Part shown: piece after piece, positions 9,985-20,461 of the stretch
How the letters are laid out: every line of letters begins with the position of its first letter
Position numbering within the stretch: the first letter of the stretch is position 1
Assembly: GCA_051251915.1 (NCBI GenBank)
Contig: JBPOGF010000003.1
Coordinates: forward strand, 32,001-96,000
DNA from: Akkermansiaceae bacterium
GTDB lineage: Bacteria > Verrucomicrobiota > Verrucomicrobiia > Verrucomicrobiales > Akkermansiaceae
Direction of reading: 5' to 3'
Length of the DNA stretch: 64,000 bases
Program-made: the position numbers and the translations under genes
Notes under the pieces: generated by a model
What the model saw: only the letters and a program-made list of their open reading frames with translations
Told to the model about the DNA's origin: nothing
Databases searched by the model: none

Positions 9985-12900
9985 ATGAATGCATTGAACG
10001 AGACTTTATACATTGCTTTTTTTATCGGCACCGCTGGAATCGTGGCTGTTCTATTCTACATGTTAGGACAGTGGCTTGAGCGCTTGTCCTCAGGAAGACG
10101 TAATAAATCTGTTGTAAAATCACTGATCAGTAACCAGCGATTGGCGAAGGAGCTTAGTCATGAAAGTACTATTCACAGAAGAATAGCAGATCGTTATAGG
10201 GAAGCATTTGATAAGAAAGAAACTTATTGGCAAACAGTTAGAGGCAGGTGGCAAGAAGAGGCTGATAAGGCAAAAAAGATCATTTCTAAGCAAGAAACAG
10301 ACCGCTCCAACGACCTCGTTGAACTCCAAGAATCCAACAAGAAGCTTTTAGCGCTAGAAAATGACTTCAAAAAGCTCAAGCGCACGAGCGATAATGAACT
10401 CACCGAGTTAAAAAGCACAAATGTAGAGGAGTCTGAGATAAAAAGAACAGAGGTAGAGGCTAAGAAAAACCAAGAAGAGCTTCAGAGCCTCATTGATGCA
10501 GAGCTATCTAATGTTGCTACATTGACTAAGCAGTTAGAGAAGAAGGAAGAAAAGATTTCAAAACTCGAACAGGTCATACATCGTAAGAATAATGATCTCA
10601 ATGAATTGAAACATTTGAGACAAAATAGTGATGAAGAAATAGAGCAGAAATTTAAAACTCTATCAGCTAATTTTGCAGAAAAAGAAAAACAATACGAAGT
10701 ACTCACAGCTAATCTTAAGACACGAAATGAAGAAATAGATAAGCTGCAATCAAAGCTTGCGGATAACGATAAGCAAATCACAATATTGCAATCTAAAGCT
10801 CAAGAAGCGGATACAGCGGCTGACCTAAAAGGGAGAGTCTTTATGAGTGAGACACAACTCTTAGAGAAAGACCAAGAGTGCAAAAAAATTGCCGGTAAAC
10901 TTGACCAAACCAAGCACGACTTAGATCAATTAAAAGTAGAGCTTAATAGCAAGAACCAGAAACTAGCAGCACTTGTGGCGCAAGCTGAGGACACTTCTCG
11001 AATAGATGCTCTCACAGCTAAAGTGGATGAGTATGAGAAAGTGCTTGCTGAGAGAGATGAGCAGCTCACTCAGTTGCAGCAGAAACACGAGTCAGTTGAA
11101 GCTTCATTCAATGACCAGGCGAAGCGCATTGAGGATCTCAATAAAGAAGGATCACTCAAGCAGGATGAGCTTGAAAACTTAAGGGAGGAACTCTCTAGTA
11201 AAGCTGAGGTTTTGAATGGAATCCAGAACCAGATCAAACAGCTAGAGTCAACTATCTCAGCTAAAGACGAGAACATAGCGCAGCTTAAGAGTCAGCTAGA
11301 AGATACTTCACAGGTAGACCAGCTAAACTCGCAGCTAGAAACTCTAAGCAATGAAATCAAAGAGAGAGACGAACAATTAGCAGTGGTGCATCAAGAAAAC
11401 TCTCAGAAGAATCAAGCGATACAGGCGCTTGAAGAGAAGCTCGAGTCAAGTAATCAGGAACTCAATGAAGTACGTGGGGCACTTAATCAAGAGAAGCATC
11501 AGGTGCAAACACTCTTTGCTAAAGTAGAAGATAAAAGTGAATTAGAAGAGCTAGGTAAAAAACTGGCATTATTCCAAGGTCAGGTGTCCGAAAAAGATAA
11601 CGCACTAGCTAAGCTCCAGCAAAAGCTAGGTGAGGAACAATCTCATGCAACCACTCTCAAGTCCGCTTTAGAGGACAGAGAACGTGAATGTGATCAACAT
11701 AAAAATCATATCCTCAGTCTAGAAAGTAAGGAAGATGATGCCAATGTTATTCAGCAGCTCGAAAAGCAAGTAGAAACGCTCAAAGCGAATAACGATAATC
11801 ATTCGTCACTGCTCAATAGCGCTCAGGCAAATCTCATAGCTAAGACTAATGACGTTTCTAAAATTAAGCAACAAATGGAAAGCATGCTTAGAGAGAAGAA
11901 CCAAGTTATTGGATCACTTGGTGATGATAATCGAACGCTGAATAACAAGCAGCAGGAATTAAAGGAACAGGCTAAAAATCAAGCAGCTGAGATTAGCCAT
12001 CTTTCGGAACATAATCAAGGTAAGCAAGACCGTATTGATGAACTCGAACGTTCACTTCATGGAGTTCAGGAAAAACTGATTCATAAAGAGCAGAAGCTAG
12101 TTAAGCTTAACGACCAGTTTAATACGGTTACTCACGAGAAAGATAGCGCTTACGATAAACTCCGTAAGGATAAAGCTGAAATTGATAACCAGCGTAAAGG
12201 CTTAGAAAATCACATCGCTCATCTCGGTGGAGAAATACAGAACCTTAAGGAGCATAATCAGGGTAAGCAAAATCGTATAGATGAACTAGAAGGTATGCTC
12301 CATGGAGTGAATGAGAACTTGGGTCATAAAGAAGGTGAAATAGCAAAGCTTCATGATCAACTTAATTCAGTCATTAGTGAGAAAGATGGTGTCATTGCCA
12401 CACTCGGCCAAGAGAAAGGAAACTTGGAGAATGATCGTAATGCATTACAGCAACGCGTGACTGGTCTTGAAGGTGAAATCACGGATTTAAAAGAGCATAA
12501 CCAGGGCCATCAAACTCGGATCGATGAACTAGGTGTTCAGATCAAGTCTATCACTGAAGAGAAGGACGTAGCACTTGGTACACTCGGTAAAGAGAAAGGG
12601 GATTTGGAAAATAGTCATAACGCATTACAGAAACGTGTTACCGATTTCGAAGGTGAGATCAGTCATCTGAAAGAGCACAATCAAGGTAAGCAGAACCGCA
12701 TAGACGAGTTAGAGGGAATGCTTCACGGAGTGAAAGAAACTCTCACACATAAAGAAGGTGAGCTCTCTCATGTGCATCATCAAATCAAGTCTCTGACAGA
12801 CGAGAAAAACGCAGCCCTCACTTCATTAGGCAATCAGAAATCTGATCTAGAGAACAAGCACAATGCGCTGCAACAGCGTCTCACAAAACTTGATGAGGAG

Positions 12901-15435
12901 CTCCAGCAGTCAAGTTCACTGAAAGAAGGTAAGCAAGCTCGTATCACTGAACTAGAGGGCATCCTGAGTGCCGTCCAGGATAAGCTTAAGTATAAAGAGA
13001 ACGAGCTAGATAAAATTGGCGTTGAACTGAGCTCTATCAAGCAGGAGAAAGAGGCGACAGTAAATTCACTCAGTCAGCAAAAAGGTGAGCTCGAAAGCCA
13101 ACAGCAAGCGCTCCAAGAAAAAGTGACTAAGTTCGAGGCGAAGATATCTGAACTCGGTGGCTTCAACATCGCAAAGCAAAAACAGCTTGATGAACTAGAA
13201 TCTCAACTCGCGGCATCACAGTCAGAGCTAAAAGCTAAGCAAGACAAACTTACTGAATTGGATAGCAAGCTAACTTCAGTAGATTCTGAGAAAAGCAATG
13301 CTTTAGAATCTCTCAGCAAGCAATACAGTGACGAGAAACAGCAGAGTCAAGAGCTCCAGAAAAAAGTAGGCGTGTTCCAAAGAGAGATCGAGCATCTCAG
13401 CGAGCATAACAACGGTAAGCAGAAACGCATTGACGAGCTTGAGCATTACTTAGGTGAGCGAGACGCTGAGCTCAATTCATTCCGAACTGAGCTTCAAGAC
13501 ACTAAGAGTAAGCTGAACCACAAAGAGAGCAATGTTCTAGAACTCAATGACAAGCTGAATAACATCCAGTCACTCATGGGGTCTAAAGATCAAGAACTAG
13601 CTAGCGTTCGAAGTCAGTTAGAAACTAAGCTAGCTGAGAAGACAAGTTTATTTGCAAGTATAAGCAGTGATAAAGAGAGCGTTGAAAAGCAGAAGAATGA
13701 GCTTCAGGGTGAACTCGAGAAATACAAAGATGAACTCCAGCATCTGATCAATCATAATAACGGGAAACAAAAGCGGATCGACGAACTTGAACATGCTCAA
13801 GGGGAAACAGATACTAAGTTATCCGAGCTTAAAACGAGTCTTTTAGAGAAACAGAGTCATACAGAGAGTCTAATCAGAGAAAGTGAAGACCGAGCCAACA
13901 AATTAAGAGAACTAGAGTCAAGCCTCCAGCAACGTAATGCAGAGTTGGATGCCCTCAAAAGCCAAGTTTCAGACACCAGCAGGATTGACGAACTCAATAG
14001 CCAGCTCAGCCATAAGCAGGAAGAAATTAACTCTGTGAATGAGCAGAAATCACAGATCGAGCAGCATAAGCAAGATCTTGAGCGTCAACTCTCAGAGAGC
14101 TATGTTAAGATCAATGGTCTTGAACAGAGTAATCATGTGGCGGAAGATCTAAAACGGCAGCTAGATGAAACTCACGGGAAGCTACATAGTCTCGAAGAAG
14201 AACTAACTCATAAGAGGGGAGCTATCGATACATTGGAGTATGATCTGGGACGCAGCCTAGGTGAGCTCTCGGAGTTGAAAGCAACATTGAACGACACATC
14301 GGCAGTCGATCAAGTCCGCTCGGAATTAGAACAAAAAGTATCCGAATTAGAATTTACCCATGCAGAAATGATCGCCAAACAAGATAAGATTGGCGAGCTA
14401 GAGCATATGTTAGATGAAAACCAAAAGCAGATTACTGTCCTCAACACCTCACTCACTGACACCGATGAGATTGATTCGCTCAAGGCGATGCTCACCGGTA
14501 AAGAAACACTACTATCAAGCCTGACTCAAGAAATGAAAGATAAACAAAACATGTTAGACGATCTAGAAAGAGCTCTTCAAGCCGCACAAAGAGAGCTTAA
14601 CGAAGCACAGCAAACGCTAAGTGACACAACTGAGCATGAGCAGATGCAAAAGGAAATAGATGAAAAGTCCTCTAAGATATCTGAGCTTCTTCACCAGACC
14701 GTGGATAAGGATGGAAAAATCAGTGAGCTAGAGTTGAACTTACAGGAAAAAGCGCATCAGCTGAGGCAAGCAGAGCTCAGAGCTAGCGACACTACTGAGA
14801 TGAGCCTCCTTCAGAAGCGTCTTGAAGAAAGAGAGAGTCATATTGCCTTTTTAGACAGTAGTGCTGCTACGGCTAACATGAGGCTTACTGACCTTGAGAA
14901 ACACATAGCGCTCAGGGATGCCGAGATTTATAAGCTTCAAGATCAAGTAAGAGACACCTCCAAGCTGGATGAACTCCTGCGCGATCTACAGAGTAAGGAA
15001 CAGCACATCAGTATGATCTCTGCGGATGCGGCCCAGAATAGCAGCAAGGTAGAGATGCTAGAGACCACACTCTCAGAGCTTCAAAACACTATTAACATGA
15101 AGGATGCCGAGCTTAATGCAATGCATGACCAGATCAATGACTTGAATCGCCAGAACCTCTTGGCTGAATTCGGTGAAGGGAACGTTATACAGGATTTAGA
15201 TTTAGGTATTATTTACACCATGATGCCTAACATGACCGATAACCTTGAGGAAATCTTCGGAATATCACAGGATCTTAGCTGGCAACTTAACCAGATGGGA
15301 GTCTATCGCTTCAAGCAGATCGCACTTTGGTCAGAATCTCAGATTGGGAACTTCCAACAGAGGCTGAACTTCCAAGGTAGTATATTCCGTGAGCAATGGG
15401 TAAAACAAGCTCAGCGAATCATTGATTTGGGTTAA
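9985..15435 (+). CDS. Giant membrane-anchored coiled-coil protein with C-terminal helix-hairpin-helix domain
   Basis: 1816 aa. N-terminal TM, about 1650 aa of E/K/Q/L heptad sequence, C-terminal TDNLEEIFGISQDLSWQLNQMGVYRFKQIALW...IFREQWVKQAQ resembling the DDLKxIxGIGP HhH family. Confidence 0.75.
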   Translation: MNALNETLYIAFFIGTAGIVAVLFYMLGQWLERLSSGRRNKSVVKSLISNQRLAKELSHESTIHRRIADRYREAFDKKETYWQTVRGRWQEEADKAKKIISKQETDRSNDLVELQESNKKLLALENDFKKLKRTSDNELTELKSTNVEESEIKRTEVEAKKNQEELQSLIDAELSNVATLTKQLEKKEEKISKLEQVIHRKNNDLNELKHLRQNSDEEIEQKFKTLSANFAEKEKQYEVLTANLKTRNEEIDKLQSKLADNDKQITILQSKAQEADTAADLKGRVFMSETQLLEKDQECKKIAGKLDQTKHDLDQLKVELNSKNQKLAALVAQAEDTSRIDALTAKVDEYEKVLAERDEQLTQLQQKHESVEASFNDQAKRIEDLNKEGSLKQDELENLREELSSKAEVLNGIQNQIKQLESTISAKDENIAQLKSQLEDTSQVDQLNSQLETLSNEIKERDEQLAVVHQENSQKNQAIQALEEKLESSNQELNEVRGALNQEKHQVQTLFAKVEDKSELEELGKKLALFQGQVSEKDNALAKLQQKLGEEQSHATTLKSALEDRERECDQHKNHILSLESKEDDANVIQQLEKQVETLKANNDNHSSLLNSAQANLIAKTNDVSKIKQQMESMLREKNQVIGSLGDDNRTLNNKQQELKEQAKNQAAEISHLSEHNQGKQDRIDELERSLHGVQEKLIHKEQKLVKLNDQFNTVTHEKDSAYDKLRKDKAEIDNQRKGLENHIAHLGGEIQNLKEHNQGKQNRIDELEGMLHGVNENLGHKEGEIAKLHDQLNSVISEKDGVIATLGQEKGNLENDRNALQQRVTGLEGEITDLKEHNQGHQTRIDELGVQIKSITEEKDVALGTLGKEKGDLENSHNALQKRVTDFEGEISHLKEHNQGKQNRIDELEGMLHGVKETLTHKEGELSHVHHQIKSLTDEKNAALTSLGNQKSDLENKHNALQQRLTKLDEELQQSSSLKEGKQARITELEGILSAVQDKLKYKENELDKIGVELSSIKQEKEATVNSLSQQKGELESQQQALQEKVTKFEAKISELGGFNIAKQKQLDELESQLAASQSELKAKQDKLTELDSKLTSVDSEKSNALESLSKQYSDEKQQSQELQKKVGVFQREIEHLSEHNNGKQKRIDELEHYLGERDAELNSFRTELQDTKSKLNHKESNVLELNDKLNNIQSLMGSKDQELASVRSQLETKLAEKTSLFASISSDKESVEKQKNELQGELEKYKDELQHLINHNNGKQKRIDELEHAQGETDTKLSELKTSLLEKQSHTESLIRESEDRANKLRELESSLQQRNAELDALKSQVSDTSRIDELNSQLSHKQEEINSVNEQKSQIEQHKQDLERQLSESYVKINGLEQSNHVAEDLKRQLDETHGKLHSLEEELTHKRGAIDTLEYDLGRSLGELSELKATLNDTSAVDQVRSELEQKVSELEFTHAEMIAKQDKIGELEHMLDENQKQITVLNTSLTDTDEIDSLKAMLTGKETLLSSLTQEMKDKQNMLDDLERALQAAQRELNEAQQTLSDTTEHEQMQKEIDEKSSKISELLHQTVDKDGKISELELNLQEKAHQLRQAELRASDTTEMSLLQKRLEERESHIAFLDSSAATANMRLTDLEKHIALRDAEIYKLQDQVRDTSKLDELLRDLQSKEQHISMISADAAQNSSKVEMLETTLSELQNTINMKDAELNAMHDQINDLNRQNLLAEFGEGNVIQDLDLGIIYTMMPNMTDNLEEIFGISQDLSWQLNQMGVYRFKQIALWSESQIGNFQQRLNFQGSIFREQWVKQAQRIIDLG
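12007..13790 (+). repeat. 81-aa (243-nt) intragenic repeat, about 8 units
   Basis: EHNQGKQxRIDELE-type motif recurs with spacings of 243, 243, 180, 243, 243, 243 and 348 nt. Confidence 0.85.
14293..14985 (+). repeat. 55-aa (165-nt) intragenic repeat, 5 units
   Basis: xDT(S/T/D) motifs with Asp codons at 14293, 14458, 14623, 14788 and 14953. Confidence 0.8.
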
Positions 15436-15571
15436 AATCGGGGCTGAAAACCTTCTAAAGAAATAAAAATGCATTTTTATTAAAAGATAGCTTGATTTTT
15501 TGGTCACTTTGGAAGAGTCTCCGCCCGCACCAAGAGAATGTTTCGACATTCTAACCAAGAACTTAATTGAT

Positions 15572-15650
<79 letters not shown>

Positions 15651-15656
15651 CTTTAA

Positions 15657-15690
15657 AGACCGTCATTATCTAGCTATATGGCGGTTTTTT
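15657..15690 (+). terminator. Intrinsic terminator after tRNA-Pro
   Basis: AGACCGTCAT...ATGGCGGTTT hairpin followed by a T-run. Confidence 0.6.
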
Positions 15691-15834
15691 GCATTTCAGG
15701 TAATTGTTCATGGATGGCATGATAGTATGTGGGTTTAGTGGCTTGAGTTGGCTTAGAATAAATTATCCCTTGTAGTTAAGAGAGTTGAGAATATTTTTAA
15801 TAGGTTGAGTAGTCAATATCGAGGTCTCAAATAG

Positions 15835-15849
15835 GGATAAACTATGACC
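15835..15849. promoter_or_regulatory. Putative TF site GGATA-N5-TGACC
   Basis: Matches the pseudo-palindrome found upstream of PEP-CTERM genes at 21416, 22482, 34923 and 34984. Confidence 0.4.
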
Positions 15850-15952
15850 TATATGCTCGATTGTTTCCAGTTGGACAGTTTATATACTGACATGTATGTA
15901 TTGTGTATATTCAGAAAATTAGTTGCTCTAATACGTTATTGGTATTGGAAAA

Positions 15953-18900
15953 ATGACACACAAATCTAGGAACAACATGAAAAGATATATTCCAAATAAG
16001 TCACGTACTAAACATAGAGGTTTTGCGTTAATAGCTACTATTTCAATTGCTTCGTTGCTCATGTTGATTGCTTTAGCTATGCTGTCGCTTTCTTCTGTGG
16101 AAGTGCGTCAGCAAGGTACTATGGCGCATCAAGAACGCGCTAGGGCTAATGCTCGAATGGCAGCGATGCTTGCCTTAGGTGAGCTTCAACTGAAACTTGG
16201 GGCAGATCAGCGCGTGACAGCTACGGCAGCTATTGTTGATGATTCAGTAGACGCGCAGAAGAGAAACTGGACGACAGTCTGGGACACTTCTACGTGGGAC
16301 CCAGAAGACCCTGAGGGTACACGTGATGATGCCTACATGGGTGCGCTAGTTTCTGGAAACGAGTATACGGAGGCAAGTAGTAGGTCAGCTGCCGTGTCAC
16401 CACTAAGCTCAGCAATAGATCCTAGTGATGAAAACTGGATTGAAATGGTGGGGGAGGAATCTGTAGAGCTTGATGATGATTATGTTTATGCGCCTCGTGT
16501 GGACGTCTTAGATGACTCCGGTGATACAAGCGGCGGGTATGCTTACTGGGTAAGTGATGAGGGAGTGAAGGCACGAATCGACATAGGGACATCTCCCGAT
16601 GCGCCGAGCAATACATGGGCTACAACAGGAACATTAGCCTCTGCACCGGGAACGGGTATTCATAAAGTAAGTGGTCTAGAAAACTACACGACTTATTTAC
16701 CTGATGGGGCAGAAGCTGACAATCTAACCAATTTCATGAGTCTAGGCTCCTTTGACCTTAGTTCACTAGATTCAGTAAGCATCAAAGACAACTTTCACCA
16801 CCTTACAGCTACTCACACTGGTTTATTGGTAGATAATTACTTGGGGGGGATACGACGTGACCTTTCGACAGCATTTGAAATCGATGCCGAAGATTTTAGC
16901 GAGATCACTGAGTTCAATAATTCAGGAGAAACGAATGAGACGGAAGAGTACAGCACATTTTCTCCATCATCGGTAAAAACAAATCCACTTTATTATCATA
17001 ATGGTACTGACCCTGAGCTAGGCTATCTTTATGAAGTACCTGTAGATTCTACAAACCGCTATCGGGGGCCTACATGGGATTTGTTGCGAAATCATTATCG
17101 GCTATATAAGAAAGAGAGAAACGCACTTAATTTTCGAGGACTTCCCACTCCTAGTAGTGACGCACTTATCGCCCATGGTGTGGTGCCAATGAGCTATACG
17201 GGAGAAGTAGGGAGCGGAACAGTAGGCTCATCTATAGGTTCAGTGATTGAAGCACCTAACTATTCAGGTGTGAATGGCTCGGCACAATACCCAATGGTCT
17301 CTGCACATGGTCAGAGTGGTGGGCATGTTGCTAGGGACGGGAATAGGATGCAACCTACGGTTCAGAAAATAAGTCCGGAGCTGATTCGTTCTGTAATCGT
17401 GTTTGGAATAGCCAAAGATCAAGATGAATTTCATATGACGGCGACTCCTTATTTTACGTTTCATAACCCGTATAATCACCCGTTGGAATTTTATTCACTC
17501 AGTGTGGATATGCGTGGAATTGGTGCATACACCTATTTCAACGTGGATTACGTTAATGAGGCTGATCAAAACAAATCTACGACGATGCGTTTTCAAGGTA
17601 TTGGCGGTCAAAATTTGAAGTTTATGACATCCTACCGGCTAGCTCCGCCTACTAGCGGATTGTACCGCTTGGAGCCTGGTGAAATACGGATGATGAGTAT
17701 GCTGCCAAATACTGATAAGGCAGATGAGGGCCAAAACAATATACGTCTCACTGAATTTAAATATAATCAGGAAAACGGCCTAGTCTCAGAACTAGACGAT
17801 GCTAATACATCGAATCAAATTGAAGTAAAAGAAGACTCTATGATGACGATGACCATAGGCACAAAAGAAAACGTATCCACATTAGGGAGCATATTTAGCC
17901 GATTGTATCATCCTGAGAGTGCGACTGGTGGAGCGTATGCATTGGATGATATAGGAACATTTTCTAACAATAACAATGCAAATACAAACAGGTATAACGA
18001 TACTGAACCACTATCATTGATCAAGCAGATGAAGATGCTACCTTATAACAAAGTTTATAACGGTGTTGATAAAGAAGGTAATCCTGAACAAAGAGTATTC
18101 AATGAAAACCAGGTGACCACGCCTGATAATGGCTATCTTGCCTTATTCGTTATGGATATGCGAATGAAGACATTTGAAAGTGATGTTGCGGTGGCTGTGA
18201 TGAATGATTTCAACTATCGATCATTAGGAATGGGGCCTAGGGAATATGATTCTGGTGATGTTTTGGGACCTAACTGGGATTTTGAGATACGGCCGATTGG
18301 TGACTATTCTGAACTACAGTTAACGGATGACGTGAATGGATCTGCCTACTGGGGTGCATCTACTGAAGCTGGGAGTGGCTCGTCTAGAATTGTATTATTT
18401 GATCTACCACGCACGCCGAGTGTCTCATTAGCTACGCTTCAACACGCAGACACATCAAAGCTTCACTTCCATCCGATGAGATCGATTGCACACTCTCGTG
18501 CGCAAGTTGGCCAGTCAGACCTCACCAAGATCTACGCAAAATTATCTAGACAGCGGGCAAATACGGATCCGAAAGATCAGATCGATACCTCATGGGCATC
18601 TAATGAAGCTCTATGGAACCGCTATTACTACTCTGGGATTAACTGGGGTGATGAGTCTGGCCAACCATATTCTACTCAGGAGGAGGCTATTCAGGCGATT
18701 ATTGATGGAGATGCGGATAAGGTTTTTGCTAATACTAGAATAGAGCTGATGCAACAGGTCAATGATAGTGATCTTGCTGAGTTAACTGGGGAAGATGCAT
18801 ATGCAAAACTAGGTAACTATTTAGGGATCAAGGGAGCGTTCAATGTAAACTCGACTAGTGTGGAGGCTTGGAAGGCGGTACTCGCTAGTTTAAGTGGTCA

Positions 18901-19606
18901 TGAAATTAGCTATCTAACAGGTTCTACGATTACTCAAGAGAAGCTAGATAACGATCTGAGCCCCATCAGTAGGTTCTCAACGCCGGCAGGTGATGAGAAT
19001 GATGATCTGACTGGTTTCCGCGCTCTCAGTGATACAGAGCTGGATGAGCTGGCAGTGGCGATGGTGGAGCAAGTCAAGTTACGTGGTCCATTTATGGGGC
19101 TTGCTGATTTTGTAAACCGCCGCCTTGTGGATGATGAGACAGGTGAATCTGGTGCTATCCAGGCTGCTATTGATTCGACTAGTATCAATTCTTCAGTAGC
19201 GAACGGTACGGTGAATGATCCTGGTTTAAAACAATCATCCGTTGATGCTAATACAGGGATTGCGAGGTATTTTGACCAAGGTGATGTTCTGACTTCATTG
19301 GCTCCTATCATGGCGACTCGCTCAGACACATTCGTCATCAGAGCTTATGGTGATAGCAAAGATAATAATGGGAATATTAAGGCAAAGGCATGGTGTGAAG
19401 TGATCGTTCAGCGCACGCCGGAATGGCTTGTGCATACGGATGAAGAGGCGACTGTTCAGCACTCGGATTATCCAGCATCGAACCCTACTAATTACCCGAT
19501 TTTGAAGCATTGGGACGAGAATCCATCATTGCCTGATACATGTAAGAAATTCGGCAGGAAGTTCGCAGTGAAATCATTTCGCTGGTTATCTAACAACGAA
19601 ATCTAA
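15953..19606 (+). CDS. Giant GspK/PilX-type minor pilin, Verru_Chthon cassette protein A-like (copy 1)
   Basis: Class III signal peptide HRG|FALIATISIASLLMLIALAML with no Glu5. Motifs ARANAR, GAFNVNSTSVEAWKA, VKLRGPF..ADFVNRRL, TRSDTFVIRAYG, KSFRWL. Alternative start 15977. Confidence 0.75.
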   Translation: MTHKSRNNMKRYIPNKSRTKHRGFALIATISIASLLMLIALAMLSLSSVEVRQQGTMAHQERARANARMAAMLALGELQLKLGADQRVTATAAIVDDSVDAQKRNWTTVWDTSTWDPEDPEGTRDDAYMGALVSGNEYTEASSRSAAVSPLSSAIDPSDENWIEMVGEESVELDDDYVYAPRVDVLDDSGDTSGGYAYWVSDEGVKARIDIGTSPDAPSNTWATTGTLASAPGTGIHKVSGLENYTTYLPDGAEADNLTNFMSLGSFDLSSLDSVSIKDNFHHLTATHTGLLVDNYLGGIRRDLSTAFEIDAEDFSEITEFNNSGETNETEEYSTFSPSSVKTNPLYYHNGTDPELGYLYEVPVDSTNRYRGPTWDLLRNHYRLYKKERNALNFRGLPTPSSDALIAHGVVPMSYTGEVGSGTVGSSIGSVIEAPNYSGVNGSAQYPMVSAHGQSGGHVARDGNRMQPTVQKISPELIRSVIVFGIAKDQDEFHMTATPYFTFHNPYNHPLEFYSLSVDMRGIGAYTYFNVDYVNEADQNKSTTMRFQGIGGQNLKFMTSYRLAPPTSGLYRLEPGEIRMMSMLPNTDKADEGQNNIRLTEFKYNQENGLVSELDDANTSNQIEVKEDSMMTMTIGTKENVSTLGSIFSRLYHPESATGGAYALDDIGTFSNNNNANTNRYNDTEPLSLIKQMKMLPYNKVYNGVDKEGNPEQRVFNENQVTTPDNGYLALFVMDMRMKTFESDVAVAVMNDFNYRSLGMGPREYDSGDVLGPNWDFEIRPIGDYSELQLTDDVNGSAYWGASTEAGSGSSRIVLFDLPRTPSVSLATLQHADTSKLHFHPMRSIAHSRAQVGQSDLTKIYAKLSRQRANTDPKDQIDTSWASNEALWNRYYYSGINWGDESGQPYSTQEEAIQAIIDGDADKVFANTRIELMQQVNDSDLAELTGEDAYAKLGNYLGIKGAFNVNSTSVEAWKAVLASLSGHEISYLTGSTITQEKLDNDLSPISRFSTPAGDENDDLTGFRALSDTELDELAVAMVEQVKLRGPFMGLADFVNRRLVDDETGESGAIQAAIDSTSINSSVANGTVNDPGLKQSSVDANTGIARYFDQGDVLTSLAPIMATRSDTFVIRAYGDSKDNNGNIKAKAWCEVIVQRTPEWLVHTDEEATVQHSDYPASNPTNYPILKHWDENPSLPDTCKKFGRKFAVKSFRWLSNNEI

Positions 19607-19630
19607 GAAACGATTTTACCAAACTAGACT

Positions 19631-20338
19631 ATGAATTATTTAAGTAAACTACTGATCTACTGTTTTTTAATCACTGGCACGATGACTGCGGGGGCTCAAG
19701 AGGCAGCAGAAGAAAAGAAAGCTGGTAAGAGGTATAAGGCGACACTTTTCAACGCATGGGGTGGGCCAGATTTATTCACTAAAGGTAAGGATGGATATCT
19801 CCCTTTAAAGCCAGCAAAGTATTCGTACACGCAGCCGTATAAGTACGCTGACAGCGTGATAGAACTCTATACCAAGGGGGTATCAGCTGAGGGGGAGGAA
19901 GTCTATCTTGTGGCGATGAGTGTCCCTGTGGCAACGTCTATCGAGGAGCCGCTCTTGGTTCTTGCCTGGGATCGAGGAGCTAAAAAACCACATGGAAAAG
20001 TCATCGAGTTTTCACCTAAGAAGTTCAAATACGGTAGCTATCAGATTGCTAATTTTAGCAGCTTAACTATTGGAGGATATGTAGGTTCCAAGAAAAACAA
20101 AGTGATCTGCAAACCCAATAGTGAAGCTATTGCCAAGTTCAATTTGAAGGAGAAAGGTGCAACGCCTATTGTCTTATACACTTCTATAGGTGGTCAAACT
20201 AAGAAGGTATTTGGCACTATCACAATGCATCGAGATAGTAAGAGAGCGATTTACTTATTGTATGCTGAAACAAATAATTTGGGTCAGCCAGTGTTCCGCA
20301 GCATCGTGATTGTGGATCATGCTAGAGCTGCGGAGTGA
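19631..20338 (+). CDS. Secreted hypothetical protein, partner of giant pilin copy 1
   Basis: 24 nt downstream of the pilin gene. Sec signal (AGA|QE), beta-rich, similar by eye to 49053..49955. Confidence 0.7.
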   Translation: MNYLSKLLIYCFLITGTMTAGAQEAAEEKKAGKRYKATLFNAWGGPDLFTKGKDGYLPLKPAKYSYTQPYKYADSVIELYTKGVSAEGEEVYLVAMSVPVATSIEEPLLVLAWDRGAKKPHGKVIEFSPKKFKYGSYQIANFSSLTIGGYVGSKKNKVICKPNSEAIAKFNLKEKGATPIVLYTSIGGQTKKVFGTITMHRDSKRAIYLLYAETNNLGQPVFRSIVIVDHARAAE

Positions 20339-20376
20339 TCTTCATATAGGCTGTGGAGACCAATACTAAGAGAATG

Positions 20377-20407
20377 AAAAACCCACTGATACATAGGTAT
20401 CAGTGGG
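20377..20407 (-). terminator. Terminator of PEP-CTERM gene 1
   Basis: CCCACTGATAC-atag-GTATCAGTGGG hairpin with an A-run on the left. Confidence 0.8.
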
Positions 20408-20461
20408 CATTTGTATGAAAATAACTAGAATAATTAGAAACGGTTCAGTTTCTAATTCTAA

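Noticed and set aside
9985..15435. SMC/chromosome segregation ATPase or phage tape-measure protein
   Set aside because: No Walker A/B or hinge, it has an N-terminal TM, and no phage genes are nearby.
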